Below, piece after piece: positions 48,529 through 59,309 of a stretch of 64,000 bases of DNA (position 1 is the first letter of the stretch; the number at the start of each line of letters is the position of its first letter). The notes under the pieces are model-generated. The model had not been told where the DNA came from and did no database searches. It saw only the letters and a program-made list of their open reading frames with translations. The stretch lies in assembly GCA_016930175.1 (NCBI GenBank), contig JAFGHJ010000046.1, forward strand, positions 1,073 to 65,072, written 5' to 3'. The translations under genes and the position numbers were made by a program. The DNA comes from a candidate division WOR-3 bacterium. GTDB lineage: Bacteria > Hydrothermota > UBA3072.

Positions 48529-49974
48529 CTAACACGTAGGGTCAACATACACAACCTTTTCCCTTTCCATGATTACAGTACCTTTTGCGATACCTTTCGC
48601 GCCCCGCACGTATCTTTTCTGAGCGTAGGAAACGGGAACAGAAGTTGAGTGTTTTAATTTACTGAATTTCGCAGCGTAATACGCTGCCTGGTGAATATCT
48701 TCAATGGGCGGAAATTTATTTTTATCTTTTACTCTAAGGACTGTGTGTGAACCGGGAGCATTTTTTACGTGAAGGAAAATATCATAAGGACGCGCAAAAG
48801 AGAAGGTAAGCTCGTGGTTTGCTTCTGCGCTTTTACCGACCAAAACTTTCGAGCCGTTTGAGGTGGTAAATACGCGAAATTTCGAGGGAAAAGTTTCTTC
48901 TTCTTTTTCTTCTTTTTTCCCTTTATAAAACTCCTTAAATTCGCTTAAATCTTCCGCCATGTTCAGTTTCCCTCTTTTTTTCTTTAGAACTTTCAACTCT
49001 TTTAATATCCTGTTCCTTCTTAACTCATCGCTTTCGGCTTTTTTCTTTTCTTTTTTAAAAAGTCCGAAATAGCTCTGAGCGTTTTCCATCACGGTTAGAG
49101 AAGGATTCAGTCTTATTTCCAGTTTATTACCCATATAGTCAAGAACTACTCTATCTTTGGAGAAATCGATAACACCTCTATAAGTTAGTATGGCATCGCC
49201 CATTTGTTTATATATAGAAATATCTTTCGGTTCACTTAAACGTCTCAAAATCTCTTCGTTTTTAAGTATCTTCTTCTCTAACTGCGTTTCAATTATTTCA
49301 AGCAATCTTTTGCGCTCTTCTTCCTTATTTTTTTCCTCAAAATAATATACCACAGCTTCGTTCATACTCGGGAATTTCTTACCTTCGGGTAAAAGATACG
49401 GAGAAAGGATATCTTCAAAAACGGTTGGGCCGAATTTCCGCATCGAAAAAGAATTTACAAATTTAACACCTTTTAATTTTAAACTCTTTATAAATCCAAC
49501 AGTTAAACCGCCTATTTTTTCTCCAGCTATTATTGCATCGAAAAGCTCGCCACGAGGGGCGCTTAAAATATCCAATACTTTAGGAGTTGAAGGAAGTTTA
49601 TACTTATCTTTCTTAACACCTTTGAATGAATTCATTATTTTATCACCCCGGAGAAACAGACAATCGCTTCTTCTTCCGAAAATCTCAAATACAATTTTCA
49701 AATCTTCTTCAATTGTTATTATCAAGATTCTATCAAAACCAAGCTGTTCAACTTTCAACACTTTTTTCCCTTTAAATAAGGATGAATAATACCCCTGCCC
49801 TTTTATTTTTTTTAGAGAAACATAGGGAGACTGACGACTCAGATTAGCGGTTAAAAAATCTTTCCCTAATACAACCGATACCAGATTGTCCTTACGAACA
49901 ACATCATTTATCTTAATTTGGCCCTTAAAATTAAATTCTTTTAATAAATAATGTAGTACTATTCCCGTAAACAT
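48529..49974 (-). CDS. rqcH: NFACT-family ribosome-quality-control protein (RqcH/FbpA-like)
   Basis: NFACT-N features (LGFDRILIITIEE...), a central coiled-coil and a C-terminal NFACT-R/DUF814 block DIFLHVKNAPGSHTVLR. Confidence 0.75.
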   Translation of the reverse strand: MFTGIVLHYLLKEFNFKGQIKINDVVRKDNLVSVVLGKDFLTANLSRQSPYVSLKKIKGQGYYSSLFKGKKVLKVEQLGFDRILIITIEEDLKIVFEIFGRRSDCLFLRGDKIMNSFKGVKKDKYKLPSTPKVLDILSAPRGELFDAIIAGEKIGGLTVGFIKSLKLKGVKFVNSFSMRKFGPTVFEDILSPYLLPEGKKFPSMNEAVVYYFEEKNKEEERKRLLEIIETQLEKKILKNEEILRRLSEPKDISIYKQMGDAILTYRGVIDFSKDRVVLDYMGNKLEIRLNPSLTVMENAQSYFGLFKKEKKKAESDELRRNRILKELKVLKKKRGKLNMAEDLSEFKEFYKGKKEEKEEETFPSKFRVFTTSNGSKVLVGKSAEANHELTFSFARPYDIFLHVKNAPGSHTVLRVKDKNKFPPIEDIHQAAYYAAKFSKLKHSTSVPVSYAQKRYVRGAKGIAKGTVIMEREKVVYVDPTC

Positions 49975-50191
49975 CTTTTAATTCGTGTCATTTTGCAAGA
50001 TTTTAGGTCTTGGGGTATTAGGTTTTAGTAAAAAATCAAAAAAATATTGTTTTTTCACTGCGTCTTTGTGCCTTTGTGTGGGAATATTTTTGGTCGGGGG
50101 TAGGGTTTTAAACAAACGAAATAAATGGGTAGCGTGGTGTGGCTCTGTGCTCTCTGTGAGTTCTTTTTTTCTCTGTGTTCTCTGTGGTTAA

Positions 50192-50890
50192 TCAGTTTCT
50201 CTTCCCCCTAACAGCGAAAAAACAAACTCCTATCGAAATAAAGTAAAGAAAAAATAAAGGAACAGTTGTTACAAACATCGTAACAATATCGATGGTAGGA
50301 GTAATTACAGCCGCAAAAATCAATATGAAAATTATTGCGAATTTCCAGTTTCTGGCGAGTAAACCAGGTGAAATCAGGCCTATCTTACTTAGAAGAAAGA
50401 AAACCACCGGCATTTCAAAAGATAAACCAAAACCTGCTAAAATCCAGATAATGAAGCTAAAATATCTTGAAGTTGAAAGAAGCGGCAACATAAAATCGGT
50501 TTGAAAAGATAAAAGCATTTTAAGAATATATGGTAAGAATATATAATAACCTAATAATACACCCCCATAGAAAAAAACAACAAGAGAGACAAGAAGAGGA
50601 GTAGTAAACTTTTTCTCTTCATTTGTTAAAGCAGGTGCTACGAAAAGATATAACTGATGAAGCAGAAGTGGTAAAGAGACAACCAAACCGGCCATAAAAC
50701 TAATCTTGATTCTTATAAATAAAGCTTCTTGGGGCGCAAAAAAATAAGTTTTACCTACAAAATCGGTAAATAGCTTTATTATTTGTCCGGAAAACGGATA
50801 AACAATGCCGGTAAATATTACGAAAAAAAACAAAGAAATAAGAACTCTTTTTCTTAAATCCTCGAGATGACCCCAGAAATCCTCTTCCAT
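50192..50890 (-). CDS. tatC: Twin-arginine translocase subunit TatC
   Basis: N-terminus HLEDLRKRVLISL and six TM helices typical of TatC. Confidence 0.88.
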   Translation of the reverse strand: MEEDFWGHLEDLRKRVLISLFFFVIFTGIVYPFSGQIIKLFTDFVGKTYFFAPQEALFIRIKISFMAGLVVSLPLLLHQLYLFVAPALTNEEKKFTTPLLVSLVVFFYGGVLLGYYIFLPYILKMLLSFQTDFMLPLLSTSRYFSFIIWILAGFGLSFEMPVVFFLLSKIGLISPGLLARNWKFAIIFILIFAAVITPTIDIVTMFVTTVPLFFLYFISIGVCFFAVRGKRN

Positions 50891-51778
50891 TTATTGCCGA
50901 TGTTTTACATTCGCCCAGTGGGCTGCACCGATAGCTCCTCCCTTATCCGGCAATTCACCAATAGCTATCTTAACATCCTCAAAAGGGCGTGAAGAAGAAA
51001 ATGAGTGGTTTGATTCAATCAATTTTATTATTATATCTCCGGCTTTTGTTATACCACCTCCCAAAATCACAATATCGGGATCGAGAGCTTCAACTATATT
51101 TTTAATACCTATGCTGAGATAAAAACCAAATTCATTCACCACTTTTAAAGCATTTTCCTCTCCCTGTTTAGCTTTATCGAAAATTTCTTTAACTGTTAAA
51201 TTTTCACGTGAGAGAACTTCGTAACGTTCTGTTATACCATAGCTACCTACAAATGCCTCAAGACATCCTTTCTTTCCGCAATGGCATAAAGGGCCATCAG
51301 GGTCTATTGTCATATGCCCATACTCTGAAGCAAAACCACGACTACCGGTATAGACTTTTCCGTCTACAATAAATCCGCCACCAATTCCCGTACCAAGAGT
51401 AAAACCTACCACAATTCTATTCCCTTTACCGGCACCATATAAAGCTTCTCCAAGTATATAAGCATCAGCGTCATTAAATAGATATACGGGATGATGCGTT
51501 TTCTCACGCAATTCTTCCTGAAGATCTAACTCACGAATCGAAGGAAGATTTGGGGGGCTATGCACTTTTCCATCATTAATAAAACCAGGGAAACCCACAC
51601 CAATAATAGAATCGGTCTCCATTTCATAGGTTCTAATAACATCTACCAGCTCAGAAACAACCCCCTCAGGGTTAATAGGAACGTTTTTAAACTCGGTTAT
51701 TTCACCTTCTGCAACCCATCCTGATTTTATATTTGTAGAACCAACATCTATTCCCAAAACCCTTTTTTCGGATTTCAT
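50891..51778 (-). CDS. ROK-family glucokinase
   Basis: N-terminal LGIDVGSTNIK, the ROK signature and a Zn-binding CHCGKKGCLE motif. Confidence 0.85.
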   Translation of the reverse strand: MKSEKRVLGIDVGSTNIKSGWVAEGEITEFKNVPINPEGVVSELVDVIRTYEMETDSIIGVGFPGFINDGKVHSPPNLPSIRELDLQEELREKTHHPVYLFNDADAYILGEALYGAGKGNRIVVGFTLGTGIGGGFIVDGKVYTGSRGFASEYGHMTIDPDGPLCHCGKKGCLEAFVGSYGITERYEVLSRENLTVKEIFDKAKQGEENALKVVNEFGFYLSIGIKNIVEALDPDIVILGGGITKAGDIIIKLIESNHSFSSSRPFEDVKIAIGELPDKGGAIGAAHWANVKHRQ

Positions 51779-51817
51779 AAATCATACTCTCCTTATCTTT
51801 ACTTACCTACTCAAAAA

Positions 51818-53932
51818 CTATACTTGCTTATCGTCGTTATTTTCTTTTGAATTATTCTGATTCTTTGATATAAGTGCTTTTCTGGAAAGATCTATCTTAC
51901 CATCATCTCCGATTCTTTTTACTTTAACTCTAAGCTTATCTCCAACCGAAAGAACATCTTCGACTTTATTAACATGGTAGTGCGCTATTTCACTTATATG
52001 GACCAATCCGTCTTTCCCTCCTCCAATAGATACTATAGCGCCAAAAGGAAGAAGTTTTTTTACTTCCCCTTCATAAACCTCACCTACTTCAACATCCTTA
52101 ACCGCTCCTCGAACCATCGCTTCGGCTTGTCCGACCGCTAATTTGTTATCTCCGAATATAGTAACCACTCCGGTCTCATCATCAATTTCTACTTCAGCGC
52201 CGCTGTCACGCACTATCTTCTTAATAGTTTTACCTGAAGGGCCTATAATTCGACCTATCTTTTCAATAGGAACTTCCAAAGTTAAAACTCTCGGCGCAAA
52301 CTCGGAGAGAGAATCCCGTGGTGCAGGTATAGTCTTTTCCATGATATCAAGGATTTTTAACCTGCCTTCCTTTGCCCTATCCAAACCTTCTTTTACAATA
52401 TCCAGAGTTAAATCCTGAATTTTTGTATCGAGTTGGATGCCCGTTATTCCTTCGCGAGTTCCGGCAACTTTAAAATCCATATCTCCCATATGGTCTTCAT
52501 CACCTAAAATGTCCGTCAAAAGTCGATATTCCGAACCTTCTTTGACAAGACCAATCGAAAGACCAGCCACATGTTTTTTTACTGGAATACCCGCATCCAT
52601 TAAAGCAAGCGAAGAAGCACAAACGGTTGCCATCGAAGAGGAACCATTAGATTCAAGAATATCCGAAACTAGCCTTATGGTATATGGAAATTCCTCTTCC
52701 CCTGGAATAACAGGCAATAAAGAATTCTCCGCAAGAATCCCATGTCCGATTTCTCTCCTTCCGGGACCTCTCATAAACCGAACTTCTCCGACAGAAAACG
52801 GAGGAAAATTATAATGGAGCATAAACCTCTTGAAATCTTCGCCAATCAAATGATCTATCTTTTGCTCATCTCTTTTTGAACCGAGAGTAACAGCTGATAG
52901 ACTGACCGTCTCTCCTCTTCTGAAAATAGCAGAGCCATGAGGACAGGGGAGTGTTTTAACTTTACACTCAATAGCCCTGATTTCATCAAGCCTCCTCCCG
53001 TCAATCCTTTTTTCCTGATCTAAAATCATTTTCCGCATAAGTTCTTTCTGTTTATCTTCAATAACTTTCTCGACCTGCCACCACTGATCTTCCTCATATT
53101 TATCTTTAAGGTTATCAAGAATTTCCTTCTTCAAGTTTTTCCTTTCTTCCTTAGAGGGTGTGGTGTTCAAATTGCCGATAAAGCTTCCAAACCTTGAACT
53201 AACCTCATCAATTAATTCTTTAGGAATAACGGACAATTCAAAGAATCTCTTCTGCTTACCAACTTTCTCCGCAAATTTTTTCTGAAATTGAACTATCTTC
53301 TGTATCTCTCTATGAGCTACTTCTATAGCCGAATAAACAGTACTTTCTTCTACATCATCCAATCTACCCTCAATCATAGTAACAGCAGAAGAAGTCCCAG
53401 CAACTACCACATCCATCTTGCTGCCTGCAAGTTGTGTCACTGAAGGATTTATTATAAACTGTCCATCTACCAATCCTACTTTGACGGCACCAACCGGTCC
53501 ATTGAAAGGAATATCGGATATTGCCAGAGCAGCAGAAGCTCCAGTTACAGCTAAAGTATGGGTGTCATTTTCCTGATCATGCGAAAGAACCATAACAACA
53601 ATCTGAGTTTCGTTAGCATAACCCTCAGGTATCAGTGGGCGAATCGGTCTATCCACCAATCTTGAAATCAAAATTTCTTTTTCTGAAGGTTTTCCTTCCC
53701 TTTTAAAAAATCCTCCGGGAATTTTACCCGCCGAATATGTTCGTTCCAGATAATCCACCACAAGCGGAACAAAAGAAAGCCCTTCTTCGGCTTCATCGTT
53801 TGAACAGACCGTAGCAAGCACCACAGTACCACCAAGAGAAACCATCACTGAACCCGCAGCTTGCTTGGCTATTGTCCCCGTCTGAAAACGAATTTCATTA
53901 TCTCCAACAATTAAAGAATCAACAATGCTCAT
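51818..53932 (-). CDS. pnp: Polynucleotide phosphorylase
   Basis: 704 aa with two RNase PH domains, a KH domain and a C-terminal S1 domain. Conserved rpsO-pnp order. Confidence 0.95.
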   Translation of the reverse strand: MSIVDSLIVGDNEIRFQTGTIAKQAAGSVMVSLGGTVVLATVCSNDEAEEGLSFVPLVVDYLERTYSAGKIPGGFFKREGKPSEKEILISRLVDRPIRPLIPEGYANETQIVVMVLSHDQENDTHTLAVTGASAALAISDIPFNGPVGAVKVGLVDGQFIINPSVTQLAGSKMDVVVAGTSSAVTMIEGRLDDVEESTVYSAIEVAHREIQKIVQFQKKFAEKVGKQKRFFELSVIPKELIDEVSSRFGSFIGNLNTTPSKEERKNLKKEILDNLKDKYEEDQWWQVEKVIEDKQKELMRKMILDQEKRIDGRRLDEIRAIECKVKTLPCPHGSAIFRRGETVSLSAVTLGSKRDEQKIDHLIGEDFKRFMLHYNFPPFSVGEVRFMRGPGRREIGHGILAENSLLPVIPGEEEFPYTIRLVSDILESNGSSSMATVCASSLALMDAGIPVKKHVAGLSIGLVKEGSEYRLLTDILGDEDHMGDMDFKVAGTREGITGIQLDTKIQDLTLDIVKEGLDRAKEGRLKILDIMEKTIPAPRDSLSEFAPRVLTLEVPIEKIGRIIGPSGKTIKKIVRDSGAEVEIDDETGVVTIFGDNKLAVGQAEAMVRGAVKDVEVGEVYEGEVKKLLPFGAIVSIGGGKDGLVHISEIAHYHVNKVEDVLSVGDKLRVKVKRIGDDGKIDLSRKALISKNQNNSKENNDDKQV

Positions 53933-53949
53933 GATATAATTTTATCCTC

Positions 53950-54219
53950 CTATACTCTAATATCCAAATCTTTTACAACTTTAACAAATCTATCATAATC
54001 CTTTCTTCTGAGATAATTAAGCAATCTTTTTCTCTTAGAAGCCAGATTTAACAGACCTCTTTGAGAATGAAAATCCTTCCTATGTTCTTTCAGATGCTCG
54101 GTAAGTTCTTTGATCTTCTCCGAAATTAAAGCTATCTGTACTTCAGGAGAACCTGTATCTTTTTCGTGCCGTCCAAACTTTTTAATTAATTGCTTCTTTT
54201 CTTTAGTGTTTATTTCCAT
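53950..54219 (-). CDS. rpsO: 30S ribosomal protein S15
   Basis: 89 aa: GSPEVQIALISEKIKELTEHLKEHRKDFHSQRGLL. Confidence 0.93.
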   Translation of the reverse strand: MEINTKEKKQLIKKFGRHEKDTGSPEVQIALISEKIKELTEHLKEHRKDFHSQRGLLNLASKRKRLLNYLRRKDYDRFVKVVKDLDIRV

Positions 54220-55163
54220 TTAGAAACCTCCTTAAGACTCCTTAATGTTTCTTCTTCACTCTTTTTTATATCTTCTCTTAGAGATTGTTTTGATGAAAAA
54301 AACTTTTTCTTTCTTATCAAAGAGTAAACAAAACATTTTATTTTTTCACCATATATATCCTCTGAGAATCCCATGATGTGAATTTCTATTTTAACATAAT
54401 CTATTCCTAACGTAGGAGATGAACCTATATAAAGCATCGCCGGAAATTCTTCACCTTTAATCTCAACAATTGAAGAATATAATCCCTCGCATGGCAACAA
54501 TTTATAATTTGAATCCAATTGAATATTCGCGGTAGGATATCCCAGCGACCCCCCAACACCATCCCCTTTAACTACTTTACCTTCAATTAAATAAGGATGT
54601 CTAAGCAATTTATAAACTCCATCCATATCTCCTATCTTCAACAATTTCCTCACTGTAGAACTTTTAACCGGTTCATTATCTATTTTCACTTCCGGAAAGA
54701 TGGTAACTTCGAAGCCCAATTTTTCTCCCATACTCTTCAAGAAATCCGAATTTCCCTCTCTATCTTTTCCGAAACGATGGTCGAATCCAATTATTACTCT
54801 ACTGGGATTCATTTTTTTCTTTATAATTATATCTACAAAATTCTCTGCGGACATTTGAGCGACCGCTGAATCGAAATTAAGAAAAACTATTTTTTTGACT
54901 GAATATCTCTCTAAGAGAAAAATTTTCTCGCTAATAGTAGTCAACAAAAATGGCTCACTTATTTTATCAAGAGAAATCAAGGGATGGGGTTCGTAGGTTA
55001 ACACAGAAACATCTCCTTTATTATTTCCTTCCTCGATTAACAGCTGGTGACCAAGATGAACACCATCGAAATTTCCCATGGCAAGGAAACCTGAAACGGA
55101 AGGGAGTTCATTCAAATTATGAATCAGAGAAAACTTTGATTGGTTGGACTGCATAAGTTTCAC
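54210..55163 (-). CDS. ribF: Bifunctional riboflavin kinase/FMN adenylyltransferase
   Basis: GNFDGVHLGHQ nucleotidyltransferase motif and a C-terminal riboflavin kinase domain. Confidence 0.9.
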   Translation of the reverse strand: MKLMQSNQSKFSLIHNLNELPSVSGFLAMGNFDGVHLGHQLLIEEGNNKGDVSVLTYEPHPLISLDKISEPFLLTTISEKIFLLERYSVKKIVFLNFDSAVAQMSAENFVDIIIKKKMNPSRVIIGFDHRFGKDREGNSDFLKSMGEKLGFEVTIFPEVKIDNEPVKSSTVRKLLKIGDMDGVYKLLRHPYLIEGKVVKGDGVGGSLGYPTANIQLDSNYKLLPCEGLYSSIVEIKGEEFPAMLYIGSSPTLGIDYVKIEIHIMGFSEDIYGEKIKCFVYSLIRKKKFFSSKQSLREDIKKSEEETLRSLKEVSKWK

Positions 55164-56016
55164 CTTTAGCTATTCCCAAAAGATTTCCGCGGTTATCCTT
55201 AACCTGATATAAACCTCTGGGATAGAATCCTCTTACCTTACCTCCATGAACAAAATCCCATACTGCATCTTCTCTAAGAGTTATTGTCTTTAAATGAGGT
55301 AGGGCTTCCCTAAACTCTATTATTTCAAAATTTCCTTTCTCAATATCAGAAAGTTTCCAGGAATCATCAATTTCATAAGGACCAACTCTAATTCTAATAA
55401 GTTTACTCAAATGCGCTCCGCAACCAAGAGCTTCCCCTACATCTCTTGCTAAGGAACGCATATAAGTACCCCTATGTGCTAAACACCTGAATTCCAAAAA
55501 AGGCGGAGAAAAATCCACTAAATCGAATTCCTTTACCAACACTTCTCTATAAGGTAAACTCTTAATCTTTTCTCCCTTTCTGGCCTTATTATATAACCTC
55601 TCGCCATTCTTTTTTACCGCACTGTATAATGGAACCACCTGATTGAAAGAACCCTTAAAGCGCGAAAAAACTTTTTCAACTTCCTTTTTAGTTAAACTCG
55701 GAACCTCGCCTTCACGTATAATCTTTCCATCAGGGTCATCAGTATCAGTAACCTCACCTAATTTTATAGTACCGAGATACTCTTTTTCATCACCTATATA
55801 ATCCATTAATTTCGTTGCCTTACCATAAAGAATTAATATTAATCCCTCGGCGAATGGATCTAGCGTACCACCGTGACCAGCTCTTTTAAGATATAACAAA
55901 CTTTTAACTTTATTTAAAAGTTCCGTCGTTCTCATACCCGGAGGTTTGTTGACTAAGATTAGCCCATCAGAAGGAAAGTTGAGCTGAGATTCTGTAGTTT
56001 GCCGTTTCAAAGTCAT
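55117..56016 (-). CDS. truB: tRNA pseudouridine(55) synthase
   Basis: LVNKPPGMRTTELLNKVK...GHGGTLDPFAEG, the catalytic Asp motif of TruB. The start may be downstream of the listed Met. Confidence 0.9.
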   Translation of the reverse strand: MTLKRQTTESQLNFPSDGLILVNKPPGMRTTELLNKVKSLLYLKRAGHGGTLDPFAEGLILILYGKATKLMDYIGDEKEYLGTIKLGEVTDTDDPDGKIIREGEVPSLTKKEVEKVFSRFKGSFNQVVPLYSAVKKNGERLYNKARKGEKIKSLPYREVLVKEFDLVDFSPPFLEFRCLAHRGTYMRSLARDVGEALGCGAHLSKLIRIRVGPYEIDDSWKLSDIEKGNFEIIEFREALPHLKTITLREDAVWDFVHGGKVRGFYPRGLYQVKDNRGNLLGIAKGETYAVQPIKVFSDS

Positions 56017-57010
56017 AGATTTCTTGATCTACGGAAAGATCAAAGTGAAATTTCTGGTATTGAAAACCTGCTCCGAAAGTAGGTCCTTCTCTCTGACCAA
56101 CTCTATCAAGAAAATAACCAAGTCTTAATGAAAAAAGATTATTAAGAGTATACTCAATACCCATAGCTTTCCATGAATCCCTCCATATCTCTTGAAAGTC
56201 AGTATATTCAACACCTATAAGGATTTTTATTAAATCCATGTTTAAATTTAACTTATGTGTTTCTTCTTCCAGAAGCCCGAACGAAAGTCCTAATCTTAAA
56301 GTTCGAGGGAGTGGATCGGATTCTCCATTTTCAACATAGCTGATATCCGGACCGAAATTCTGCAAGGAAGCCCCTATCCTAACAGTCTTGAGCCACTCCA
56401 TACCAAACAATTTAGCATTAATAAAATCATTCCATATATACAACAAAGAAACATCTAAAGCCCATGCCTGACCGGTTCCACCAGCGCCTGAAAGCCCAAG
56501 ATAATCTCTAAGCACAATTTCAGGTGCCAGGAACGAACGAATATATTTCATTCCGATACCGACACCCAGATTTTCCGATAATTTCAAACAACCACCAGCC
56601 TTAAAAGCTATATCGTATGTAACCCACTCCTCATAAAAATCCCTAAGGCTATCGGAAACTTCAGTCTCACCAGTAGTAAGATAGGTCACAGCAAAATCTA
56701 AATTTAAGCCCTCACCTAAGGGAATTAAAAAAGTCAGATACTCATAATACATACCCGGATATAAACCCGGCAACCAATTTGCGTGTTGCCATCCTATTTG
56801 TTTATTTTCTACAAAAGCTAAGGTAGCATCATTATAATAAGTAGAAAAGATATCTCCATCCGAGGCAGTAAATGCCCCTCCCATCGAAGTCGCTCGAGAG
56901 CCCGGAAAAATCATCATAAAAATTGCTCCGGCTTCAAGGGAACTAGCAAAAACACTTAAAGGTAAAATTATTAATAAAATCATGAACGAAAAAACCGTTC
57001 TTCTAAACAT
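55967..57010 (-). CDS. Outer-membrane beta-barrel protein (C-terminal Phe; PorV/PorP-like T9SS-associated barrel is a possibility)
   Basis: Signal peptide, alternating amphipathic beta-strands and the terminal ...RISAQLSF aromatic signature of OMP barrels. No specific family can be confirmed. Confidence 0.5.
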   Translation of the reverse strand: MFRRTVFSFMILLIILPLSVFASSLEAGAIFMMIFPGSRATSMGGAFTASDGDIFSTYYNDATLAFVENKQIGWQHANWLPGLYPGMYYEYLTFLIPLGEGLNLDFAVTYLTTGETEVSDSLRDFYEEWVTYDIAFKAGGCLKLSENLGVGIGMKYIRSFLAPEIVLRDYLGLSGAGGTGQAWALDVSLLYIWNDFINAKLFGMEWLKTVRIGASLQNFGPDISYVENGESDPLPRTLRLGLSFGLLEEETHKLNLNMDLIKILIGVEYTDFQEIWRDSWKAMGIEYTLNNLFSLRLGYFLDRVGQREGPTFGAGFQYQKFHFDLSVDQEIYDFETANYRISAQLSF

Positions 57011-57198
57011 TAATCCTCCTTTAAAATTTAACTCGCCCTAACTTTGTTCATTTTCAAAATAACAAAAAAACCTCATATGTCAACCCCACGCTGATATATC
57101 ACTATACCTTATACTCATCTCTTACTTACTACTTACTCCTCCCCATTCTCCAACTACCACAAGTAAAGACATAAAAAAGCGTATTTAAGTTCCATTAT

Positions 57199-59256
57199 TT
57201 ATGCAATATCCAGAAACTGCGATTTTCCCCTTATTCTTTCTATTTCTTCTAAAAATTTATCCTCTGAATTTTTCTTAATTACGTTCTTTACGGCGTTTCG
57301 AACAACCCCAATCATGTTTCGCATCGCAAACGGGTCAAAAAACTTAAAATCCGGAAAACCGTGCTGTTTTGTCCCGAAAAATTCCCCGGGACCCCGCAAG
57401 ACCAAATCAACTTCGGATAACTTAAAACCAGATGAAATGTTTTCGAGAGTATCAAGCCTTAATGTAGCCCTATCTGTAATACTATCCTTATCAGCAATCA
57501 TAATAAAATATGATTTTTTATTCGACGACCTGCCGATTCTACCTCTAAGTTGATGTAGCTGTGCCAGTCCAAACCTATCCGCATCCTCTACCACCATAAT
57601 GTTAGCCTGCGGAACATCTATACCAACCTCAATAACGGTAGTCGATATGAGGACATCTACTTCATCTCCTTTAAAGGCTTTCATTATTTTATCTTTCTCT
57701 CTACTTTTCATTCTACCATGTAAAATGGCAACTTTTGAATCCGAAAAAAAAGTTTTTTTGATGTACTCGGCCTCTTCCTCTATCGAACGCAAATCTAAAC
57801 TCTCCGATTCTTCAATAAGAGGGAACACTATATAAGCCTTACAATTTTCTTTACTTATTTTTTCTTTAATCCAATTATACACACGAGCTCGATTTTGGGG
57901 ATTTCTGACCCACTTTGTTTTAGAAAAAATTCTCCCCGGAGGCATTTCATCAATTGTTGAAACATCCAATTCTCCATAAACCGAAAGAGCTAAAGTCCTG
58001 GGGATAGGAGTAGCAGACATAACAAGGATATCAGGATGACCCTCACCTCTTACCTTTGCCCTCTGATTAACTCCGAAACGATGCTGTTCATCGATTACCA
58101 CCAAACCCAAAACCGGAATTTTAACATCTTCTTCAAGCAGCGCATGGGTACCCAAAATAATACCCCTTTTTTTATTTATTTCTTTTAAGATTTTTTCTCT
58201 CTCAGATTGATTCATATTACCTACCAAAAGCCATAGCGGAACCGATAAAAAGGATAAAAACTTTTTCATCAAGTAATAATGCTGATAAGCAAGAACTTCC
58301 GTAGGTACCATAAAAGCAACATTAAATTTGTTGCTTACCGAGATAAGCATCGCAGCTATGGCAACCACTGTTTTACCCGACCCAACATCACCCTGAAGGA
58401 GTCTGTTCATTGGATAAGATTCGCTCATATCTTGCTCAATTTCAGAAAGCACTTTTTTCTGTGATGGAGTCAAGTTAAAAGGTAAAGCCGATAGAAATTT
58501 TTTTTCTAAATTAGATTTAATCTCAAATGAAATTCCTTTCCTTTCTCTTGCTTTTTGCCTATTAAGAGTAAGAAATAATTGAAGATAAAAAAGTTCGTCG
58601 AAAGCGAGTCTTTCCCTTGCTTTTGATAAAAGACTTTTATTTTCCGGAAAATGCAGATTATACAACGCTTTATCCAGTGAAATTAAATCATATTTTTTTA
58701 ACATATCGGAAGGCATCGGTTCTTCTATTTTCTCCAAGAAATCTTGAAGGACATAATTTACGGTTCTTCTCATAAATCTCTGCCCAAGATCCTTAGTGAG
58801 AGGATAAACAGGAATAATTCTTCCCGTATGAATTAACTCCGTCTCTTCTTCGGTTAAAAATTCATAATCGGGATTTAAAATATACAAGCCTCTATAAAAC
58901 TCAACCTTACCACTAAAAAAGAGACGGTCTCCAGTATTGAATCTATCCTTAACCCAGGATTGATTAAACCACCTTCCAACAATAATTCCACTCCCGTCGT
59001 AAACCGAAACATCACAAAGCAGTTTTCCCTTTCGACTTCTCCTGGAATTAACAGAGACAACCTTACCTTCAACGGTTACTTCATCATTAACTCTAATATC
59101 TTTTATTAACTTTATCTCACTTCTATCTAAATATTTTCTGGGAGGAAGATAAAGGATGTCTCGAATCGTAGAAACATTCAAAACTGAAAGCAGCTCTGCT
59201 TTTTTTGGGCCAACTCCTTTTATCCACTGGATGGAATCAGAAAGTTCTAAAGACAA
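57199..59256 (-). CDS. recG: ATP-dependent DNA helicase RecG
   Basis: Wedge domain plus superfamily-2 helicase motifs (GDVGSGKT, DEQHRFG, TATPIPRTL). Confidence 0.92.
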   Translation of the reverse strand: MSLELSDSIQWIKGVGPKKAELLSVLNVSTIRDILYLPPRKYLDRSEIKLIKDIRVNDEVTVEGKVVSVNSRRSRKGKLLCDVSVYDGSGIIVGRWFNQSWVKDRFNTGDRLFFSGKVEFYRGLYILNPDYEFLTEEETELIHTGRIIPVYPLTKDLGQRFMRRTVNYVLQDFLEKIEEPMPSDMLKKYDLISLDKALYNLHFPENKSLLSKARERLAFDELFYLQLFLTLNRQKARERKGISFEIKSNLEKKFLSALPFNLTPSQKKVLSEIEQDMSESYPMNRLLQGDVGSGKTVVAIAAMLISVSNKFNVAFMVPTEVLAYQHYYLMKKFLSFLSVPLWLLVGNMNQSEREKILKEINKKRGIILGTHALLEEDVKIPVLGLVVIDEQHRFGVNQRAKVRGEGHPDILVMSATPIPRTLALSVYGELDVSTIDEMPPGRIFSKTKWVRNPQNRARVYNWIKEKISKENCKAYIVFPLIEESESLDLRSIEEEAEYIKKTFFSDSKVAILHGRMKSREKDKIMKAFKGDEVDVLISTTVIEVGIDVPQANIMVVEDADRFGLAQLHQLRGRIGRSSNKKSYFIMIADKDSITDRATLRLDTLENISSGFKLSEVDLVLRGPGEFFGTKQHGFPDFKFFDPFAMRNMIGVVRNAVKNVIKKNSEDKFLEEIERIRGKSQFLDIA

Positions 59257-59257
59257 T

Positions 59258-59294
59258 ATTAAAAACTCAAAGGGGCTCTAAGCAGAGCCCCTTT
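59258..59294 (-). terminator. Rho-independent terminator downstream of tonB (minus strand)
   Basis: Perfect 11 bp stem AAAGGGGCTCT / AGAGCCCCTTT with loop AAGC (59269-59294). On the minus strand it is followed by UUGAGUUUUU. Confidence 0.6.
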
Positions 59295-59309
59295 ATAAAG
59301 ATTTTTCCT

